64,000 bases of DNA from Auanema rhodensis (Eukaryota > Animalia > Nematoda). The DNA lies in NCBI GenBank assembly GCA_964057225.1, contig OZ059900.1:20088001-20152000 (forward strand), in the 5' to 3' direction. Positions within the stretch are counted from its first letter, which is position 1. Each line of letters opens with the position of its first letter. Positions 56,262-64,000 of this stretch are shown here, piece by piece. The notes beneath the pieces are model-generated. The model made no database searches. It was not told where the DNA came from and was given only the letters and a program-made list of their open reading frames with translations. The translations under genes were made by a program, and so were the position numbers.

Positions 56262-59200
56262 ACAACGTCTAGTTCCACTTTCACGACAAAAAAACAGGGG
56301 TTAGAAAATTAAGGAAATTAGCATATTCTGAGGGCACGCCGTTTATGGCTAATATTGATTAAATCGATTTTTGTTCATATGAGTCGTCAAATGCAACGAA
56401 TTTCAGCGTGTTACATACTAAAATGAAACATTTTACATGCTGAACACTAGAAAAATACAAAAACATAGTATTTCCCATGAGAAATATTTTATTATGCTGG
56501 AAAACCAGTTTTTGGAAATTTCGCTGTAAACAAGGTTTTGACTTACGATTTCATGTGTTCAAACTCATGCAATGTCAATGAAACCTAGCTCAAAATTGTT
56601 CGTACAACGTCTAGTTCCACTTTCACGACAGAAAAACAGGGGTTAGAAAATTAAGGAAATTAGCATATTCTGAGGGCACGCCCCTTATGGCTAATATTGA
56701 TTAAACCGATTTTTGTTCATATGAGTCGTCAAATGCAACGAATTTCAGCGTGTTACATACTAAAATGAAGCATTTTACATGCTGAACACTAGAAAAATAC
56801 AAAAACACAGTATTTCCCATGAGAAATATTTTATTATGCTGGAAAACCAGTTTTTGGAAATTTCGCTGTAAACAAGGTTTTGACTTACGATTTCATGTGT
56901 TCAAACTCATGCAATGTCAATGAAACCTAGCTCAAAATTGTTCGTACAACGTCTAGTTCCACTTTCACGACAAAAAAACAGGGGGTAGAAAATTAGGGAA
57001 ATTAGCATATTCTGAGGGCACGCCCCTTATGGCTAATATTGATTAAATCGATTTTTGTTCATATGAGTCGGCAAATGCAACGAATTTCAGCGTGTTACAT
57101 ACTAAAATGAAGCATTTTACATGCTGAACACTAGAAAAATACAAAAACACAGTATTTCCCATGAGAAATATTTTATTATGCTGGAAAACCAGTTTTTGGA
57201 AATTTCGCTGTAAACAAGGTTTTGACTTACGATTTCATGTGTTCAAACTCATGCAATGTCAATGAAACCTAGCTCAAAATTGTTCGTACAACGTCTAGTT
57301 CCACTTTCACGACAAAAAAACAGGAGGTAGAAAATTAGGGAAATTAGCATATTCTGAGGGCACGCCCCTTATGGCTAATATTGATTAAATCGATTTTTGT
57401 TCATATGAGTCGGCAAATGCAACGAATTTCAGCGTGTTACATACTAAAATGAAGCATTTTACATGCTGAACACTAGAAAAATACAAAAACACAGTATTTC
57501 CCATGAGAAATATTTTATTATGCTGGAAAACCAGTTTTTGGAAATTTCGCTGTAAACAAGGTTTTGACTTACGATTTCATGTGTTCAAACTCATGCAATG
57601 TCAATGAAACCTAGCTCAAAATTGTTCGTACAACGTCTAGTTCCACTTTCACGACAAAAAAACAGGAGGTAGAAAATTAGGGAAATTAGCATATTCTGAG
57701 GGCACGCCCCTTATGGCTAATATTGATTAAATCGATTTTTGTTCATATGAGTCGGCAAATGCAACGAATTTCAGCGTGTTACATACTAAAATGAAGCATT
57801 TTACATGCTGAACACTAGAAAAATACAAAAACACAGTATTTCCCATGAGAAATATTTTATTATGCTGGAAAACCAGTTTTTGGAAATTTCGCTGTAAACA
57901 AGGTTTTGACTTACGATTTCATGTGTTCAAACTCATGCAATGTCAATGAAACCTAGCTCAAAATTGTTCGTACAACGTCTAGTTCCACTTTCACGACAAA
58001 AAAACAGGGGGTAGAAAATTAGGGAAATTAGCATATTCTGAGGGCACGCCCCTTATGGCTAATATTGATTAAATCGATTTTTGTTCATATGAGTCGGCAA
58101 ATGCAACGAATTTCAGCGTGTTACATACTAAAATGAAGCATTTTACATGCTGAACACTAGAAAAATACAAAAACACAGTATTTCCCATGAGAAATATTTT
58201 ATTATGCTGGAAAACCAGTTTTTGGAAATTTCGCTGTAAACAAGGTTTTGACTTACGATTTCATGTGTTCAAACTCATGCAATGTCAATGAAACCTAGCT
58301 CAAAATTGTTCGTACAACGTCTAGTTCCACTTTCACGACAAAAAAACAGGGGTTAGAAAATTAAGGAAATTAGCATATTCTGAGGGCACGCCGTTTATGG
58401 CTAATATTGATTAAATCGATTTTTGTTCATATGAGTCGTCAAATGCAACGAATTTCAGCGTGTTACATACTAAAATGAAACATTTTACATGCTGAACACT
58501 AGAAAAATACAAAAACACAGTATTTCCCATGAGAAATATTTTATTATGCTGGAAAACCAGTTTTTGGAAATTTCGCTGTAAACAAGGTTTTGACTTACGA
58601 TTTCATGTGTTCAAACTCATGCAATGTCAATGAAACCTAGCTCAAAATTGTTCGTACAACGTCTAGTTCCACTTTCACGACAAAAAAACAGGAGGTAGAA
58701 AATTAGGGAAATTAGCATATTCTGAGGGCACGCCCCTTATGGCTAATATTGATTAAATCGATTTTTGTTCATATGAGTCGGCAAATGCAACGAATTTCAG
58801 CGTGTTACATACTAAAATGAAGCATTTTACATGCTGAACACTAGAAAAATACAAAAACACAGTATTTCCCATGAGAAATATTTTATTATGCTGGAAAACC
58901 AGTTTTTGGAAATTTCGCTGTAAACAAGGTTTTGACTTACGATTTCATGTGTTCAAACTCATGCAATGTCAATGAAACCTAGCTCAAAATTGTTCGTACA
59001 ACGTCTAGTTCCACTTTCACGACAAAAAAACAGGGGTTAGAAAATTAAGGAAATTAGCATATTCTGAGGGCACGCCGTTTATGGCTAATATTGATTAAAT
59101 CGATTTTTGTTCATATGAGTCGTCAAATGCAACGAATTTCAGCGTGTTACATACTAAAATGAAACATTTTACATGCTGAACACTAGAAAAATACAAAAAC

Positions 59201-62200
59201 ATAGTATTTCCCATGAGAAATATTTTATTATGCTGGAAAACCAGTTTTTGGAAATTTCGCTGTAAACAAGGTTTTGACTTACGATTTCATGTGTTCAAAC
59301 TCATGCAATGTCAATGAAACCTAGCTCAAAATTGTTCGTACAACGTCTAGTTCCACTTTCACGACAAAAAAACAGGAGGTAGAAAATTAGGGAAATTAGC
59401 ATATTCTGAGGGCACGCCCCTTATGGCTAATATTGATTAAATCGATTTTTGTTCATATGAGTCGGCAAATGCAACGAATTTCAGCGTGTTACATACTAAA
59501 ATGAAGCATTTTACATGCTGAACACTAGAAAAATACAAAAACACAGTATTTCCCATGAGAAATATTTTATTATGCTGGAAAACCAGTTTTTGGAAATTTC
59601 GCTGTAAACAAGGTTTTGACTTACGATTTCATGTGTTCAAACTCATGCAATGTCAATGAAACCTAGCTCAAAATTGTTCGTACAACGTCTAGTTCCACTT
59701 TCACGACAAAAAAACAGGGGGTAGAAAATTAGGGAAATTAGCATATTCTGAGGGCACGCCCCTTATGGCTAATATTGATTAAACCGATTTTTGTTCATAT
59801 GAGTCGTCAAATGCAACGAATTTCAGCGTGTTACATACTAAAATGAAGCATTTTACATGCTGAACACTAGAAAAATACAAAAACACAGTATTTCCCATGA
59901 GAAATATTTTATTATGCTGGAAAACCAGTTTTTGGAAATTTCGCTGTAAACAAGGTTTTGACTTACGATTTCATGTGTTCAAACTCATGCAATGTCAATG
60001 AAACCTAGCTCAAAATTGTTCGTACAACGTCTAGTTCCACTTTCACGACAAAAAAACAGGGGTTAGAAAATTAAGGAAATTAGCATATTCTGAGGGCACG
60101 CCGTTTATGGCTAATATTGATTAAATCGATTTTTGTTCATATGAGTCGTCAAATGCAACGAATTTCAGCGTGTTACATACTAAAATGAAACATTTTACAT
60201 GCTGAACACTAGAAAAATACAAAAACATAGTATTTCCCATGAGAAATATTTTATTATGCTGGAAAACCAGTTTTTGGAAATTTCGCTGTAAACAAGGTTT
60301 TGACTTACGATTTCATGTGTTCAAACTCATGCAATGTCAATGAAACCTAGCTCAAAATTGTTCGTACAACGTCTAGTTCCACTTTCACGACAGAAAAACA
60401 GGGGTTAGAAAATTAAGGAAATTAGCATATTCTGAGGGCACGCCCCTTATGGCTAATATTGATTAAACCGATTTTTGTTCATATGAGTCGTCAAATGCAA
60501 CGAATTTCAGCGTGTTACATACTAAAATGAAGCATTTTACATGCTGAACACTAGAAAAATACAAAAACACAGTATTTCCCATGAGAAATATTTTATTATG
60601 CTGGAAAACCAGTTTTTGGAAATTTCGCTGTAAACAAGGTTTTGACTTACGATTTCATGTGTTCAAACTCATGCAATGTCAATGAAACCTAGCTCAAAAT
60701 TGTTCGTACAACGTCTAGTTCCACTTTCACGACAAAAAAACAGGGGGTAGAAAATTAGGGAAATTAGCATATTCTGAGGGCACGCCCCTTATGGCTAATA
60801 TTGATTAAATCGATTTTTGTTCATATGAGTCGGCAAATGCAACGAATTTCAGCGTGTTACATACTAAAATGAAGCATTTTACATGCTGAACACTAGAAAA
60901 ATACAAAAACACAGTATTTCCCATGAGAAATATTTTATTATGCTGGAAAACCAGTTTTTGGAAATTTCGCTGTAAACAAGGTTTTGACTTACGATTTCAT
61001 GTGTTCAAACTCATGCAATGTCAATGAAACCTAGCTCAAAATTGTTCGTACAACGTCTAGTTCCACTTTCACGACAAAAAAACAGGAGGTAGAAAATTAG
61101 GGAAATTAGCATATTCTGAGGGCACGCCCCTTATGGCTAATATTGATTAAATCGATTTTTGTTCATATGAGTCGGCAAATGCAACGAATTTCAGCGTGTT
61201 ACATACTAAAATGAAGCATTTTACATGCTGAACACTAGAAAAATACAAAAACACAGTATTTCCCATGAGAAATATTTTATTATGCTGGAAAACCAGTTTT
61301 TGGAAATTTCGCTGTAAACAAGGTTTTGACTTACGATTTCATGTGTTCAAACTCATGCAATGTCAATGAAACCTAGCTCAAAATTGTTCGTACAACGTCT
61401 AGTTCCACTTTCACGACAAAAAAACAGGAGGTAGAAAATTAGGGAAATTAGCATATTCTGAGGGCACGCCCCTTATGGCTAATATTGATTAAATCGATTT
61501 TTGTTCATATGAGTCGGCAAATGCAACGAATTTCAGCGTGTTACATACTAAAATGAAGCATTTTACATGCTGAACACTAGAAAAATACAAAAACACAGTA
61601 TTTCCCATGAGAAATATTTTATTATGCTGGAAAACCAGTTTTTGGAAATTTCGCTGTAAACAAGGTTTTGACTTACGATTTCATGTGTTCAAACTCATGC
61701 AATGTCAATGAAACCTAGCTCAAAATTGTTCGTACAACGTCTAGTTCCACTTTCACGACAAAAAAACAGGGGGTAGAAAATTAGGGAAATTAGCATATTC
61801 TGAGGGCACGCCCCTTATGGCTAATATTGATTAAATCGATTTTTGTTCATATGAGTCGGCAAATGCAACGAATTTCAGCGTGTTACATACTAAAATGAAG
61901 CATTTTACATGCTGAACACTAGAAAAATACAAAAACACAGTATTTCCCATGAGAAATATTTTATTATGCTGGAAAACCAGTTTTTGGAAATTTCGCTGTA
62001 AACAAGGTTTTGACTTACGATTTCATGTGTTCAAACTCATGCAATGTCAATGAAACCTAGCTCAAAATTGTTCGTACAACGTCTAGTTCCACTTTCACGA
62101 CAAAAAAACAGGGGTTAGAAAATTAAGGAAATTAGCATATTCTGAGGGCACGCCGTTTATGGCTAATATTGATTAAATCGATTTTTGTTCATATGAGTCG

Positions 62201-64000
62201 TCAAATGCAACGAATTTCAGCGTGTTACATACTAAAATGAAACATTTTACATGCTGAACACTAGAAAAATACAAAAACACAGTATTTCCCATGAGAAATA
62301 TTTTATTATGCTGGAAAACCAGTTTTTGGAAATTTCGCTGTAAACAAGGTTTTGACTTACGATTTCATGTGTTCAAACTCATGCAATGTCAATGAAACCT
62401 AGCTCAAAATTGTTCGTACAACGTCTAGTTCCACTTTCACGACAAAAAAACAGGAGGTAGAAAATTAGGGAAATTAGCATATTCTGAGGGCACGCCCCTT
62501 ATGGCTAATATTGATTAAATCGATTTTTGTTCATATGAGTCGGCAAATGCAACGAATTTCAGCGTGTTACATACTAAAATGAAGCATTTTACATGCTGAA
62601 CACTAGAAAAATACAAAAACACAGTATTTCCCATGAGAAATATTTTATTATGCTGGAAAACCAGTTTTTGGAAATTTCGCTGTAAACAAGGTTTTGACTT
62701 ACGATTTCATGTGTTCAAACTCATGCAATGTCAATGAAACCTAGCTCAAAATTGTTCGTACAACGTCTAGTTCCACTTTCACGACAAAAAAACAGGGGTT
62801 AGAAAATTAAGGAAATTAGCATATTCTGAGGGCACGCCGTTTATGGCTAATATTGATTAAATCGATTTTTGTTCATATGAGTCGTCAAATGCAACGAATT
62901 TCAGCGTGTTACATACTAAAATGAAACATTTTACATGCTGAACACTAGAAAAATACAAAAACATAGTATTTCCCATGAGAAATATTTTATTATGCTGGAA
63001 AACCAGTTTTTGGAAATTTCGCTGTAAACAAGGTTTTGACTTACGATTTCATGTGTTCAAACTCATGCAATGTCAATGAAACCTAGCTCAAAATTGTTCG
63101 TACAACGTCTAGTTCCACTTTCACGACAAAAAAACAGGAGGTAGAAAATTAGGGAAATTAGCATATTCTGAGGGCACGCCCCTTATGGCTAATATTGATT
63201 AAATCGATTTTTGTTCATATGAGTCGGCAAATGCAACGAATTTCAGCGTGTTACATACTAAAATGAAGCATTTTACATGCTGAACACTAGAAAAATACAA
63301 AAACACAGTATTTCCCATGAGAAATATTTTATTATGCTGGAAAACCAGTTTTTGGAAATTTCGCTGTAAACAAGGTTTTGACTTACAATTTCATGTGTTC
63401 AAACTCATGCAATGTCAATGAAACCTAGCTCAAAATTGTTCGTACAACGTCTAGTTCCACTTTCACGACAAAAAAACAGGGGGTAGAAAATTAGGGAAAT
63501 TAGCATATTCTGAGGGCACGCCCCTTATGGCTAATATTGATTAAACCGATTTTTGTTCATATGAGTCGTCAAATGCAACGAATTTCAGCGTGTTACATAC
63601 TAAAATGAAGCATTTTACATGCTGAACACTAGAAAAATACAAAAACACAGTATTTCCCATGAGAAATATTTTATTATGCTGGAAAACCAGTTTTTGGAAA
63701 TTTCGCTGTAAACAAGGTTTTGACTTACGATTTCATGTGTTCAAACTCATGCAATGTCAATGAAACCTAGCTCAAAATTGTTCGTACAACGTCTAGTTCC
63801 ACTTTCACGACAAAAAAACAGGGGTTAGAAAATTAAGGAAATTAGCATATTCTGAGGGCACGCCGTTTATGGCTAATATTGATTAAATCGATTTTTGTTC
63901 ATATGAGTCGTCAAATGCAACGAATTTCAGCGTGTTACATACTAAAATGAAACATTTTACATGCTGAACACTAGAAAAATACAAAAACATAGTATTTCCC
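56262..64000. repeat. 11-monomer (3762-bp) higher-order repeat, at least 2 copies, probably continuing past the window
   Basis: M166-176 = M177-187. A28G+T103C monomers start at 56604/60366, and T40G+A51G+T103C monomers at 59682/63444. Confidence 0.88.

Larger units (their letters stand above)
1..64000. repeat. Homogeneous tandem satellite array, 342-bp monomer (186 full, 1 deleted, 1 partial); runs off both window ends
   Basis: ACAACGTCTAGTTCC recurs every 342 bp (1, 343, ... 3421, 6841, 7183), then from 7356 in exact phase to 63786 (165 x 342). All copies have the same orientation, and differences are substitutions except for one deletion. Confidence 0.99.

Noticed and set aside
1-64000. 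CRISPR-like or other repeat-spacer array
   Set aside because: There are no unique spacers and no associated genes; the whole unit is repeated.

Overview
The whole 64 kb window is one head-to-tail satellite DNA array with a 342-bp, AT-rich monomer (about 34% GC by hand count). It has 186 full monomers, one internally deleted 173-bp monomer (7183-7355) and a 215-bp partial monomer at the right end. I see no genes, RNA genes, transposons, inversions or CRISPR spacers. Monomers are about 98-100% identical to the consensus. I number them M1-M188: Mn starts at 1+342(n-1) for n<=22 and at 7356+342(n-23) for n>=23. Variants are named by monomer position. Shared variants reveal in-register block duplications of 1, 2, 4, 7, 9, 11 and 18 monomers. 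They also define two sub-domains with different variant sets, separated by a singleton-rich zone at about 20.7-25.1 kb. The monomer is rich in dyad symmetry, and two recurrent variants turn quasi-palindromes into perfect 18-bp and 12-bp palindromes. The two ORFs in the track arise from one duplicated stop-loss SNP. The array resembles a eukaryotic (peri)centromeric satellite, but organism, family and function cannot be established from the sequence alone.
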